Positions 1 to 9,955 of a DNA stretch of 64,000 nt are shown here, one piece after another. The stretch comes from Planctomycetota bacterium (GTDB taxonomy: Bacteria > Planctomycetota > SZUA-567 > H5-PLA8): contig JBAXUS010000004.1 in assembly GCA_037129555.1 (NCBI GenBank), positions 19,726 through 83,725 of the forward strand. The letters run 5' to 3'. The notes beneath the pieces are model-generated. The model was not told the origin of the DNA. It was given only the letters and a program-made list of their open reading frames with translations, and searched no databases. Every line of letters starts with the position of its first letter. The first letter of the stretch is position 1. Made by a program: the position numbers and the translations under genes.

Positions 1-201
1 CGCAACATTGTCCCCAAACGTCTCGCCCCGGCCCAGCGCCTCAACAAAATCGGACATTAAAAGCAAGATGATCTTGGCGATTCGGCCTGGAAGTAATCCG
101 GTTGCCATAAAGCGCACAATCCTTCCATCAATGAGCTCGGCCTTCCCCGGTTCACGGTGCAGGTCCGCCAGCGTCGCAGCTATCTCGTCAATTAAAATCA
201 T
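1..201 (-). CDS. Uma2-family (DUF820) endonuclease-like protein, N-terminal part only; C-terminus lies beyond the left window edge
   Basis: Minus-strand ATG at ~199-201, open to the window edge (67 codons, no stop). The translation MILIDEIAATLADLHREPGKAELIDGRIVRFMATGLLPGRIAKIILLLMSDFVEALGRGETFGDNV matches the Uma2 N-terminal pattern (ELIDGeiv..M.pag..HgRI). The ORF-track plus-strand ORF 8..325 is rejected in favour of this reading. Confidence 0.4.
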   Translation of the reverse strand, partial: MILIDEIAATLADLHREPGKAELIDGRIVRFMATGLLPGRIAKIILLLMSDFVEALGRGETFGDNVA

Positions 202-318
202 CGCGTTACCACCATTTAAAAATATTGCAACGCATGGGCACTTACGAACAAGCGTCTCACTGCATCCTACCACTGTAAAGCAAAACGTCTCTCAGAAAAA
301 CTCCAACACATCCACCGC

Positions 319-2127
319 TTATTGATACAGGAAATTGAACGTATATTCAATCGACTCCCGATCCGCGAGTGCCGGGGGGAACGGATCGGCAGTGGGGTTC
401 GCGGCGGCTTTCACGGCTCGACGCGCGGATGCCACGTTTTCGTCTGACACACCCTTGTCGCGGTAGGCTTCGGCGACTTCGACGAGTATGCCGTCTTTGC
501 GGATCACGACGCGAATTGAGACGGTGCCGGGCGCCATGTTTATGCGCAAATGGGCTTGAATGTCCGCTTTCCATTTGCCATCGATCAAGCGCGCGAAGCG
601 TTTGATGTAGGCGGTCTTTGCGTCGAATTTTTTAGCAAAGCGCGGGTCGCCCAATTCGGATGCGCTGGATTCTAAATTGATCGACGTCACATCGCTGACA
701 GCGTTGTCTTCGCCCGGACGCGCGATGCCGTTGCCTTCGTGGCCCTTCTCGCCCTTCCTTAATTTCGCACCCGTCCCAAGTATTCCATCGGCGGCAGCGA
801 CTTTGTTCGAGCCGCTCAACTGCGCTTCAAAGCGATCCAACTCGGCCTGGGCGTCCAGCTCTTTAGCGATCGCACTCGGCTCCAACACAGCGGCTTCCGA
901 GCGCGATGGTTTCGCTGATCCGCTTTCGTTTCGTCCGTTCGATTTTACCGGCTTCGGGCGCTTCGGTTGTTCGAGTTCAAACGCTGTTGGCAATTGCACC
1001 GTATTCGCTGCAACGTCTTTCGGCTTTGTTGGCGGCTGCAGTCCCGTATCCGACGGAATCGGGTCCGGCTCTTGAGTCTTCAACTTCGACACGGGCCGCA
1101 CATCCGGGCGCACCGCAATCGAAGGCAGCGGCGCGGCTGGGGGCTCGTCGTTCGGCTTGGCGGCGGCTGGCACGTTCTCGGGTGGCTTCACTTTTTCATC
1201 GAGCGGATCACGCTTTATGGCGGTCTCAATCGGGCGCGGCGCGAGCAGCTCAGCGGTCCGAACATCTTTCGAAAAATCAGCCGCGCGTTTGGCGTTGCCA
1301 TCGCCGGATTCTTCAGCACCTTCTTTTTTCACCGATCCGCTGTTCGCATCCGACGCCGTGGCCGGGACATTGCCCTCGCCGCGTTTGCCGAGATACTTCA
1401 GCAGATTCGTGTCACCCTTGTCGATGTAGGGATCGCCCTGGGGCAAATTCTTCGGGCCGCGATCCGCCGCCGTGCTGTTGCGATCCGACAGGTACGCGTC
1501 GCGCGGCGCGGACTTCGATGTGTTCTTATCCTCATCAAAGGCTGTTTGCGAATTGGGCTTCAACGGAGCCAGATCTTTTTCATGCAGCGGCTTCGCATCA
1601 GACGTTCCATCCGGCAACGCAGCTGGCTTTTGAATGAGCGCTTCCGGTTGATTCGGCTTCGGAGTTGTCTTGTTCTTTTCAGTCGCTACCTGAGGCGGCG
1701 GTTCGACAACAGCGGCAGGCGCTTCGGGTACTGGAGGCAAAGCATTGGCTTTGGGTGGAACCACTGTAGCCATCTCGCCGGGAGGCGGTGCCGCAATGGG
1801 CGGCTTGTTGCCCGCTGCTTCCGCCGGATCGGCAAGCATGTTTAAAAACGAATCATCAAGCATCACCGATACCGGCTGCTCAGTCGCGGGTGGCGGCGTG
1901 AAATTGAACGACATGCAAAAAAACACAAGCGCGTGCACCGACCCCACGGCCAGTAAAATGCCCAGCCAATAGAGGGGCGTGCTATCCGAATCATCGTCGA
2001 GCGAGTATACGAGTCCGTTCAAGTTTGGAGCACCTTGCGCCGGGTCAAACGACTGCGAAAAAAGTGACTGACTACGAGACGAACGTTGCGCCAAAAGCTT
2101 CACGCTATCGCCATTTTCAATCCGCAA
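319..2127 (-). CDS. TonB/TolA-like energy-transducer family protein (N-terminal TM helix, Pro/Lys/Ala-rich spacer, TonB_C-like C-terminal domain)
   Basis: 602-aa ORF. A hydrophobic segment LYWLGILLAVGSVHALVFF lies near the N-terminus. A long low-complexity P/A/K-rich spacer follows. The C-terminus GTVSIRVVIRKDGILVEVAEAYRDKGVSDENVASARRAVKAAANP resembles the TonB/TolA C-terminal fold. The track start is a TTG, so the true start is uncertain. Confidence 0.55.
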   Translation of the reverse strand: MRIENGDSVKLLAQRSSRSQSLFSQSFDPAQGAPNLNGLVYSLDDDSDSTPLYWLGILLAVGSVHALVFFCMSFNFTPPPATEQPVSVMLDDSFLNMLADPAEAAGNKPPIAAPPPGEMATVVPPKANALPPVPEAPAAVVEPPPQVATEKNKTTPKPNQPEALIQKPAALPDGTSDAKPLHEKDLAPLKPNSQTAFDEDKNTSKSAPRDAYLSDRNSTAADRGPKNLPQGDPYIDKGDTNLLKYLGKRGEGNVPATASDANSGSVKKEGAEESGDGNAKRAADFSKDVRTAELLAPRPIETAIKRDPLDEKVKPPENVPAAAKPNDEPPAAPLPSIAVRPDVRPVSKLKTQEPDPIPSDTGLQPPTKPKDVAANTVQLPTAFELEQPKRPKPVKSNGRNESGSAKPSRSEAAVLEPSAIAKELDAQAELDRFEAQLSGSNKVAAADGILGTGAKLRKGEKGHEGNGIARPGEDNAVSDVTSINLESSASELGDPRFAKKFDAKTAYIKRFARLIDGKWKADIQAHLRINMAPGTVSIRVVIRKDGILVEVAEAYRDKGVSDENVASARRAVKAAANPTADPFPPALADRESIEYTFNFLYQ

Positions 2128-2162
2128 TATTACCGCCGAGCGCGGACAATTGAAATCAAAAA

Positions 2163-2654
2163 CTATTTCGCGCCCTTGCTTCGAAGAGTCCTGTCAATGT
2201 CGCGCTTCACTTCTTTGTCCTTCAGCGACGAGCGCCGGTCCGCGAAACTTTTTCCGCGTCCCAAGCCCAGCAGCACTTTCACCCAGGGTCCCTTGAAATA
2301 CATCTGCAAAGGCACAACAGTCATGCCTGATTTCTCGGACTGACCGCGCAGTTTGTCGATTTCGCGCCGCGACAGCAACAGCTTCCGTTGTCGCACCGGC
2401 TCGGGCAACTGGACGTGCGCTTTGTCGTACAAGCTGATTTGCAGACCGATCAGCCAGCATTCATTGTCGTACACGCGGGCGTAGCAATCCGCGAAACTCA
2501 GGTTCCGCGTCCGCAGGCTTTTCACTTCGCTTCCGGCCAGCACAATCCCGGCTTCGAACGTGTCTTCGATGATGTAATCGTGGCGCGCGCGCGGATTGTT
2601 CGCGATCAGTTTGCGATACGGCTCCTTCTCGGCGCTCTTCTCTTCTTTCTTCAT
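2163..2654 (-). CDS. smpB: SsrA-binding protein SmpB
   Basis: 163 aa. ARHDYIIEDTFEAGIVLAGSEVKSLR and the rest match the SmpB consensus (ARHDY.IEE..EAGIVL.G.EVKS). The C-terminal tail is basic. ATG start at 2652-2654. Confidence 0.9.
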   Translation of the reverse strand: MKKEEKSAEKEPYRKLIANNPRARHDYIIEDTFEAGIVLAGSEVKSLRTRNLSFADCYARVYDNECWLIGLQISLYDKAHVQLPEPVRQRKLLLSRREIDKLRGQSEKSGMTVVPLQMYFKGPWVKVLLGLGRGKSFADRRSSLKDKEVKRDIDRTLRSKGAK

Positions 2655-2757
2655 GATCTTAATTTACCAGAAACTTCGAAAGCCTCGCGTCCAAATTGCC
2701 GATAAGCGAGGACGACCCAACGCCCTCGACTCCCATGGCTCGTGAAAATGAGGCGGC

Positions 2758-3516
2758 ATGAATTGGCTGACGGACATGTTCTCCAGCGCGACCGTGGCAT
2801 CCAGCGCCTCTGGTCGGCCCGTCAAGCGCCGCCGTTCTCGACCCAAATTTGCGTTTAAAAAAATATCGGTTCGCACACGCAGAATCCTGATCATCGCCAT
2901 GATTGCGATTCTTGCAGCGGCTGCGATCCCCACCGGGCTCTGGCTTTTCAGTGGAAAAAATAGTCGCTCCAAATTTTCGCTCCGCTCGCTTTTCCCCGCC
3001 TTCCCCACTCCGTCCGCGCCTGGGGTTCCGGCGTTTGAAGATGAAGCACTCGCCACCGATCCCGGTGCACAGCCCCGACGGTGGCGCTACATCGTCATTC
3101 ATCACTCCGGCGGAAACACCGGCAGTGCGCAAAGCTTTGATGCGTACCACCGCGAGACAAAAGGCTGGCAGAGCCTCGGTTATCATTTCGTGATCGGCAA
3201 CGGTAAAGGTCAGGCGGACGGTAAAATCGCGCCTGGACCGCGCTGGTACGGACAACAGACCGGTGCGCATGCGCACTCCGCTGAACACAATGAATTCGGT
3301 ATCGGCATCTGCCTCGTCGGAAACTTCGACGCGCTGAATCCGACGACTCCGCAATGGCAGGCGCTCATCGATCTTGTCAAGCGCTTGAGCGTCCGCTACT
3401 CGATTCCCGCTCGGAACATCGTTGGCCACAGTCAAATCCGGATGGGTGGAACGACGGCGTGCCCGGGCAAAAATTTCAACGTTCAAGCGCTCCGCGATGC
3501 AGTCCTCAGTGAATGA
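2758..3516 (+). CDS. N-acetylmuramoyl-L-alanine amidase (amidase_2/PGRP fold), membrane-anchored
   Basis: 252 aa. N-terminal TM segment ILIIAMIAILAAAAIP. IVIHHSGG...YHFVIGNG...GAHAHSAEHN...GICLVGNF...ACPGKNF is the Amidase_2/AmpD-type zinc amidase signature. Confidence 0.75.
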   Translation: MNWLTDMFSSATVASSASGRPVKRRRSRPKFAFKKISVRTRRILIIAMIAILAAAAIPTGLWLFSGKNSRSKFSLRSLFPAFPTPSAPGVPAFEDEALATDPGAQPRRWRYIVIHHSGGNTGSAQSFDAYHRETKGWQSLGYHFVIGNGKGQADGKIAPGPRWYGQQTGAHAHSAEHNEFGIGICLVGNFDALNPTTPQWQALIDLVKRLSVRYSIPARNIVGHSQIRMGGTTACPGKNFNVQALRDAVLSE

Positions 3517-3575
3517 AAAAAGCCGCTTGAATCAGCGGCTTTCTTCGAACTCATTTTCGTTTCATCCCGGCAGTC

Positions 3576-6500
3576 TTATTCGACCGCTTCACGGAACCAC
3601 AGGATTCGCGGCGACTGGATGTACACAATCGAAATGTCGTCGAAGACCGGCGTGTCCAGCAGATAGTGGACACCTGGATCGACAGTATCACTCGGCGCAT
3701 ACGGATCGACATTCTTGCGGTCCACCGGGTACTGGAAGCGAACTCGGTAGTGCAATTCGCCAGCAGTAGCCAACGTGCGCTTACCCGGATTTGACGGATC
3801 GATGTAGCAGTTTTCCGCTTCCGGATCCGAGAACGCGCTGACCGCTTCGGGCTTCCTCGTCTTCTTGTTGATCACAAAACCGACCATGGGTTTGACACTG
3901 TTCATATCAAACTTGGAGGTACTGTTGCCGGTGTACTTCACCAGTTCCACTTTGACACCCTTGCTCCATGACGTTTGATCCGTCGTGTCGTCATGCTGAC
4001 GCTTCACCCCTCTGAATTTATCCGGGACCGACTTGTTCACGTTATCATTCATCGGGCCCTTCCAACTACCCTGAGAATAGCGATTATCCTTGCCAGCTGG
4101 CGCGTTGTACACCGAGTCGTAATCAATATCCTTGTTGTACATCGCGTAGTCGAACGGACCTCGGAATTCAACGTTCTGAGTTTTATTGCCCATGATGTTT
4201 TCGAATCGTTTCCAACGAGTCGGTGAAAGGTCCTTGTACTCATGCATAAACCGGGGCGTAAAGACATTCCAACTAACGCGCGCCACAGCCACCTGATCGT
4301 CACTCTTGACTTGATTGCCTTCAAGCGACTGGATCAATGATTGCGATACGAACGTCGGCCAGTACTCATTGTACGTCTTACCGTTTGTGGCTTTCGGCAG
4401 ATAGTACCGGCTGAGCGTCATTTCTTCAGAAATCATCTTCGACGTCCACGCCTTCTTAGAAATTCTCAACTCATCGACCGTCGCCATGGTGGTATCGCAC
4501 GGCTGGATTTTATAGATGTGCGTATAGTACAACGCACGCTTTTCTGCCATTGGCTGTTTGTCTGCCATTGACTGTTTGGTCGGCGCTTCAACTTCTGCGT
4601 TGACCTTATCCTGTTGTTCGTTGATGCAGGACAAAGGCGGAGTCGTTGCCTGATCCTTCACATCCGTGTTGGGCGCTTCTTTCTCGGCCTCGTCCTTGTT
4701 CACCGGAGCAAACTTGATGAACGGGCGGGGCGGACGCGGGTGCGGCGGCGGATACTGGGGCGGTCGCGGTCCCGGAGGGCCTGGCGGATAAGGGATGCGC
4801 GGAGGCGCCGGCGTCGGCGGCGGCGGACTCGGAGGCAGCGGCTGAGGATACGGATTGTTCGGCGCATAGCCCTGATTCGTGTTATTCAGCGAGAAACACG
4901 CCGTCAAATAATCAGGCGAATTGCGCTGCGCAAACGTATACGCTGCGGGTTGGCCCTCCAAATCGGTATTGTAAGCCCATCCATTACACGTACTGTTGCC
5001 TTCTCGATCGGTTTGCGATCCAAGCCAGACATCGCACATAGCCTGATACGTTCCCTCTTTAGGACGATCAAGCAAGACGGCATTGTAATCTTGTCTCTTA
5101 TTTTTAGTCACATCGTACAAGTAAGGATACAAACGTTGGCTCACCACCACATTTGACGCCTTGTAGGCTTTACCTTCCGGAAATCGAGAGGTGCTGATGA
5201 ACGGACGCATAATGTTGCGTGCCACATTTTCAGCATCTTTCTCACCGTTGATCCGAATCTGCGGATCATCTGGTGATTTGGTTCGATCCGGCACTGAAGT
5301 CACAGTTGGATCACGCTTGTTTTGCTGCTTGGCTTCTGCACTGGTTGCTGCGGCGGGTGCAATTATCCAATCATTGCGCCCATCGTTGGCTTCCCACATG
5401 CCAAACGTATCCGATTTGATCACTCCACTGAAGTATACGGCTGCAACATCGTAATCGTAGAATCCATCCAAGAGCAGACCATCGGCGAATTTGGGTCCGA
5501 TGAATCCTGCACCCCACGATATGTTGGCAATGCCCATCATTTGAGAATCGATTTTATATTTGTTATCCGTAACCCGTGTTGCATTCGGAACACCAACCGG
5601 CTTTGCGGTCCCCATTTTGTGGACTTGCCCCACATAGGTCCATCGGAAAGGCTGCACATAGAAACTCGGTGTTTCATAGAGATTCATCGAGTCTCGTGGG
5701 TCTTGATCCATTCCTTTAGGAGGTACAACAACGCCGTTCGCGCTGACGGGGTATTTGCCCCAATCCTGCGTTGACGTGCCAGCGTGCAATCCAACTCCCA
5801 CACCATTGTCATGCCGGTCTTCTAAAACACAGTAGAACGTACCGTCGAAGAAGTCAGTACCACAGTATTTGTCCGGTTCTGAGAATGTAGGTCGTTTTTT
5901 ACCCACCATCGTCGGAGACAACGGCTCCATGACGCCACGCACGTACCCATTCTTTGCAAGTTTATTACCACGAGCACCCGTAGCGGCACCGGCAGAACTT
6001 CCGTTAAAGAATTCATGTTCCTGATGATCATTCGCATGCCACGTCGTCTTGACCCACATCGAAATCGTGCAGCCGTCTTTGTGGCCAGGCATGTAGTTAT
6101 AAGCATCTTTCTGATCATTGAATGGCTTCATCCATGCAGTTCCAGTCGGAAAAGTAGGATTGGTGATGCTGCCGTGTCCACCCCCTCGTAAATATGGAGG
6201 ATTGTCAATTCTTGACTGTGTCGCTGCGATCGTAAACGTGCTACCGACCGGGAACAGGAACGAATCAGAGAGCAACGGATTCTTACCATTTGCAACTGCC
6301 GCTTCGTCTCCATTTCCAATTCGTCCACCCCCAAACGCATATTTCAAAGTTGCATCATTGCAGGATACGCCGAGTGCTCCCAGATAAACGCCGTCCGGTC
6401 GCAAATCGCCGACTCGGCAACTCATGCAGTATTCGTAGCGCATTTTTTGCGGGTCGGTCGGGAACGAATTCAATGATCCTGAAGGCTGCAGATTCAACAG

Positions 6501-9500
6501 GAAGATCGGATTTGTCTTTTTGGATCCAGTCAATGGCGCGGACATACCCGGCAACAAATCTTCGACCGAGAAGGAGTCCATTTCGATGGACTTGCTTGGA
6601 TCCTTCTCCTGAATGCCATCGTTCATGAAACCCAGCAAGCTGATGGTGTCGCACACACGCTTCGTCGCGTCCATCGGATTCTTGGCTTGCTCGCGCCCGT
6701 TTCCAAGACAATTGTCTGAATCCAGATCGCCGTCAAAGCTGGCCAGGAACGTGTCTGCATGATCTTCCGCTCCAATTTTCGGATCGAAAACCAAGCTATT
6801 CGACGCCAAAAACAGTTGTCCATCGTAACCGGCTGGCAGAACATGGTTGGCAATCACATCAGGAACTGCGTAGCCCGATCCTGCACCAATATTCGACCAC
6901 GACTTTTTTGTATTGCGACCGGTTGCATCCTTCGCGCTTGTATCGACACAGTCCTTCATTCTATCAGCATGCTTAAAACGATAACGCATGGGAACCAAAG
7001 GTTCAGGACCCGTATCGAGTGACAGGAAATCACCCACATTGTCTGCATCGCGGGTAATCTTGCCACGATCCGTCATGCCGGAGTGGTTGTCTCCATTTGT
7101 ATTGCCATAGCCCTCTCCGGGTGCCTTCGTGAAATGGCCTTCCACGAATTGCCGTTGAGTCGATTCGCGCCAAACGTCATAGACTTGAACCAACGCTTCG
7201 AGCTTTCGTTCGGCGCGCACTTCGCCACCCAAGACGACCTGTCCCACGGAATGGATTTCGTATACTCCACCGGCGTCCATCGTGAATTCAGTCGTCGAGC
7301 GGTTCATGTCCGACTTATCGATCATTTCATCGAAGCGATAGCGAACATTGCGAATGTAGTAGAATCGACCATTCGGTGCCTTTTGGTACGGATTTTCCTT
7401 ACCTGTAATAGGAGGTGGTGCCACTTCGCCCGGATTTGCAGCAATAATCCTTATCTCGCCATCATTCGGTGCTGGCGGAATGCGAGGATCGTTCGGGAAC
7501 ATGGGCTCTGGCCAATTGGGCGTGTCAATCGGCTCGCGATCTTTCGTGACAGGTCCAACCTTCAATTTTTTTGCAATTTCTGGTTTGTTTGTAGGCATCA
7601 TCGGCGCGCCTGGTTTCGACTTCGGGTCAAAATTTTCGCCCGTAATCACTGGCTCCATGCTGGTGAAATTGCGGCCCCAGCGATCAATCCATTCGATGTT
7701 GGGATTGAATTTCAGCAAATCCGTGTTGGAGTTGAAATGGGCCATGATCATCGGCGCAAGCGAGAAGCGCTTCGGGCGACCATCTTCGTAGTGCGGTCCC
7801 TTTTCAATGCGGTCTTCATCCCACGGTTGCACCACGCGGAAGAAGAAATCATCCCAGCTTCGGAACGGGCCGCGAGCAGCCGGATAGGATTTCACTGCGG
7901 GATCATAATCGTTGGTCAACGGCATCCGGGTTCTCGGATCAATTCGAGCCTGGCGCGCTACGATAATGCGGTACGCCAATTCGTGCGCTTCGGTGCACTT
8001 TCCGCCACCCGTAATAAAATTCGGAGCGGCCAGTGCGCCATAATTATTCAAATACCCAAACGCCGTTTTGTCGCTCCACGGTTCAGGGCGATTCAAAACC
8101 GGTTTGCCACTGTCCTGCGGCACACGTTTCTGGCCAGCTTCCGACGGAATACCGTCCGGCCACAATTTGAATATGTCGTCGATGGCCCAGCTCTTGGCCG
8201 TCTTCTTGTTCATGATCTTGTCTTCGACAGCGTCCGTTCCAACCGACATCGGTGTGCCGTGTTGAACGTTGATACCCATGAACATCGCGATCAGTACTTT
8301 GTCTGATGCGGTGTTGATGTTGATCGGAGCGCGGTGAATACACAGCGGATACTTCTTGTAATTGATATTCGGATCGTCCTGAAGATGTCCATCAGGATTC
8401 AGCACGGGTTCGCCGAAATTCTTATCGTTGGCTGTTTTCGTCAGCATCGCATCTTCTTTGCTGATGATCATGTACGCACTGGTCGGACCCGGCGGAATCG
8501 CGAATTCGTAATCGACTTCGATCCAATCAATTCCGTTTTCTTTGATCCGGCGCAACTGGCCCGCACCATGGCCATTGATGATCGACAAATAGGAGCCTAC
8601 CAGCGAGCCACGTGAATTTTGCGGATCATCGATATGCTTGCCCTTATCGTCCACCGACGACACCCAGCTCTTGTCGCGGTCAATGGCACGATAATCGTCA
8701 GAGAATTCAAACTTCCCCATCCCGATTGTATTCGTATCCACCCACGAATCGATCGTGATGTAGTCGCGAATCGCATTGAATTTTACGGACCGCTCCAACT
8801 CTTCCAACTCGGGGTGAGCCGGATTGTAAACGGCTGACAATGCAGTTTTTACGTCTTCAAGGCGTTGAAACCGGCCATGGGTACCGCGGTACGCAGCGAT
8901 GGCATAGCCATCACCATACAACGCATTGCCATCCGGCCCGGCAATCGGATAATTACCACCGTCTTTGCGATAGTACAAATCGGTACGAGCCGAGGTGTCG
9001 TCCTTGTTGAATTTGGTGTCATAGAATTCAGCCGGTGCGCCTTCTTCCAGCCAGCGGCGCGGTTGGAGCGCGTCCAGATTGGCAGCCACCAAAGGCGCTC
9101 CGATCACGCGGCAGAGATTGTCCAGCAACACGCCCACATTGTCGCCAGCATTCACATTGATGCGGCTGGAAGTGTCAGCGATGTCCAGCATGAACCGGTC
9201 GCTGTTCGGACCTGCTGAACTGCTCAGTGCGCGCGTGTAGGATAAAAATTCGTCCGCCGAACCGACGACGCCAGTGGGATTGCGAGCCGGGAACGACACA
9301 TGGCGCTGAGCGCCATTCAACCAGTCCGTTTGGTACCACGGATCGGTCGGGTCTTCAGTCTTTAAGAACGCCTGTTCCTGCAATCGCGCGATGGCGTCGC
9401 TCATACCTGCACGAGCCATCATGTCGGCTCGTACACTCTCAGTGTATCGACCAGCTGACTTGTTCTGCGAGATGGTCAGCGTATAAAATCCCGCTCCCAT

Positions 9501-9593
9501 CGCCGCCAAAACAGCCAACACTCCGGCCACCATGATCAATGTGACGCCTTTTTGGCCGCGTCGTATCGATCTTGATCCCTTTGCGGTGCTCAC
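3576..9593 (-). CDS. Giant (~2000 aa) secreted/pilin-like protein with GspK-type pseudopilin N-terminus and internal Pro-rich linker
   Basis: Single 6-kb ORF. The likely true start is a GTG ~33 nt inside the track start (track ATG at 9626), preceded by GGAGG and an 8-nt spacer, giving M/VSTAKGSRSIRRGQKGVTLIMVAGVLAVLAAMGAGF. That sequence matches the N-terminus of T2SS minor pseudopilin GspK (RQRGVALI..LL.AL.A). A Pro-rich segment PPSPPPPTPAPPRIPYPPGPPGPRPPQYPPPHPRPPRP lies at ~4740-4870. Size and composition are typical of planctomycete giant genes. Confidence 0.6.
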   Translation of the reverse strand: MSTAKGSRSIRRGQKGVTLIMVAGVLAVLAAMGAGFYTLTISQNKSAGRYTESVRADMMARAGMSDAIARLQEQAFLKTEDPTDPWYQTDWLNGAQRHVSFPARNPTGVVGSADEFLSYTRALSSSAGPNSDRFMLDIADTSSRINVNAGDNVGVLLDNLCRVIGAPLVAANLDALQPRRWLEEGAPAEFYDTKFNKDDTSARTDLYYRKDGGNYPIAGPDGNALYGDGYAIAAYRGTHGRFQRLEDVKTALSAVYNPAHPELEELERSVKFNAIRDYITIDSWVDTNTIGMGKFEFSDDYRAIDRDKSWVSSVDDKGKHIDDPQNSRGSLVGSYLSIINGHGAGQLRRIKENGIDWIEVDYEFAIPPGPTSAYMIISKEDAMLTKTANDKNFGEPVLNPDGHLQDDPNINYKKYPLCIHRAPININTASDKVLIAMFMGINVQHGTPMSVGTDAVEDKIMNKKTAKSWAIDDIFKLWPDGIPSEAGQKRVPQDSGKPVLNRPEPWSDKTAFGYLNNYGALAAPNFITGGGKCTEAHELAYRIIVARQARIDPRTRMPLTNDYDPAVKSYPAARGPFRSWDDFFFRVVQPWDEDRIEKGPHYEDGRPKRFSLAPMIMAHFNSNTDLLKFNPNIEWIDRWGRNFTSMEPVITGENFDPKSKPGAPMMPTNKPEIAKKLKVGPVTKDREPIDTPNWPEPMFPNDPRIPPAPNDGEIRIIAANPGEVAPPPITGKENPYQKAPNGRFYYIRNVRYRFDEMIDKSDMNRSTTEFTMDAGGVYEIHSVGQVVLGGEVRAERKLEALVQVYDVWRESTQRQFVEGHFTKAPGEGYGNTNGDNHSGMTDRGKITRDADNVGDFLSLDTGPEPLVPMRYRFKHADRMKDCVDTSAKDATGRNTKKSWSNIGAGSGYAVPDVIANHVLPAGYDGQLFLASNSLVFDPKIGAEDHADTFLASFDGDLDSDNCLGNGREQAKNPMDATKRVCDTISLLGFMNDGIQEKDPSKSIEMDSFSVEDLLPGMSAPLTGSKKTNPIFLLNLQPSGSLNSFPTDPQKMRYEYCMSCRVGDLRPDGVYLGALGVSCNDATLKYAFGGGRIGNGDEAAVANGKNPLLSDSFLFPVGSTFTIAATQSRIDNPPYLRGGGHGSITNPTFPTGTAWMKPFNDQKDAYNYMPGHKDGCTISMWVKTTWHANDHQEHEFFNGSSAGAATGARGNKLAKNGYVRGVMEPLSPTMVGKKRPTFSEPDKYCGTDFFDGTFYCVLEDRHDNGVGVGLHAGTSTQDWGKYPVSANGVVVPPKGMDQDPRDSMNLYETPSFYVQPFRWTYVGQVHKMGTAKPVGVPNATRVTDNKYKIDSQMMGIANISWGAGFIGPKFADGLLLDGFYDYDVAAVYFSGVIKSDTFGMWEANDGRNDWIIAPAAATSAEAKQQNKRDPTVTSVPDRTKSPDDPQIRINGEKDAENVARNIMRPFISTSRFPEGKAYKASNVVVSQRLYPYLYDVTKNKRQDYNAVLLDRPKEGTYQAMCDVWLGSQTDREGNSTCNGWAYNTDLEGQPAAYTFAQRNSPDYLTACFSLNNTNQGYAPNNPYPQPLPPSPPPPTPAPPRIPYPPGPPGPRPPQYPPPHPRPPRPFIKFAPVNKDEAEKEAPNTDVKDQATTPPLSCINEQQDKVNAEVEAPTKQSMADKQPMAEKRALYYTHIYKIQPCDTTMATVDELRISKKAWTSKMISEEMTLSRYYLPKATNGKTYNEYWPTFVSQSLIQSLEGNQVKSDDQVAVARVSWNVFTPRFMHEYKDLSPTRWKRFENIMGNKTQNVEFRGPFDYAMYNKDIDYDSVYNAPAGKDNRYSQGSWKGPMNDNVNKSVPDKFRGVKRQHDDTTDQTSWSKGVKVELVKYTGNSTSKFDMNSVKPMVGFVINKKTRKPEAVSAFSDPEAENCYIDPSNPGKRTLATAGELHYRVRFQYPVDRKNVDPYAPSDTVDPGVHYLLDTPVFDDISIVYIQSPRILWFREAVE

Positions 9594-9955
9594 GGTTCGA
9601 TCCTCCAAAAATACCAAAATGCCCAAAACGTGTTTACATCGAATTTTAATAATCGATCTGTTCGATCTGTTTATTCAGCCGTCCGCCGACGCTCGTTCCG
9701 CCGACTTCTTTAATAGGGTGTAGCGTCAGAATCAAAAGACGGACCCGGAATCTTAAAGATTTCTAAATTATTTTCAGTTGGCGCGCGTTTGCAAGCCAAA
9801 AATGCCCTAATTCCTTCACGATCTGGAGCGACCGCAGGATTGCCGCCGCTTCTAACAAACCCTTTTTTATATCGATCCCTCTACAATTCGACATGAAACA
9901 CGAGATATTATACTGTACTGTGTAGTAATTGAACTGTGTACGGAGTCATACACGT

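Noticed and set aside
8-325. 105-aa plus-strand ORF at the left edge
   Set aside because: Ser/Ala/Ile-rich with no start context. The opposite strand gives a coherent Uma2-like N-terminus that runs off the window, so that reading was preferred.
2655-2757. Looked for ssrA (tmRNA) or a tRNA next to smpB and in other intergenic regions
   Set aside because: No cloverleaf-compatible sequence and no tmRNA tag-reading-frame-like sequence was recognisable. Intergenic regions are short or explained by hairpins and promoters.
2659-3486. 275-aa minus-strand ORF overlapping the amidase gene
   Set aside because: Antisense to a gene with a clear Amidase_2 signature. No domain and poor start context.
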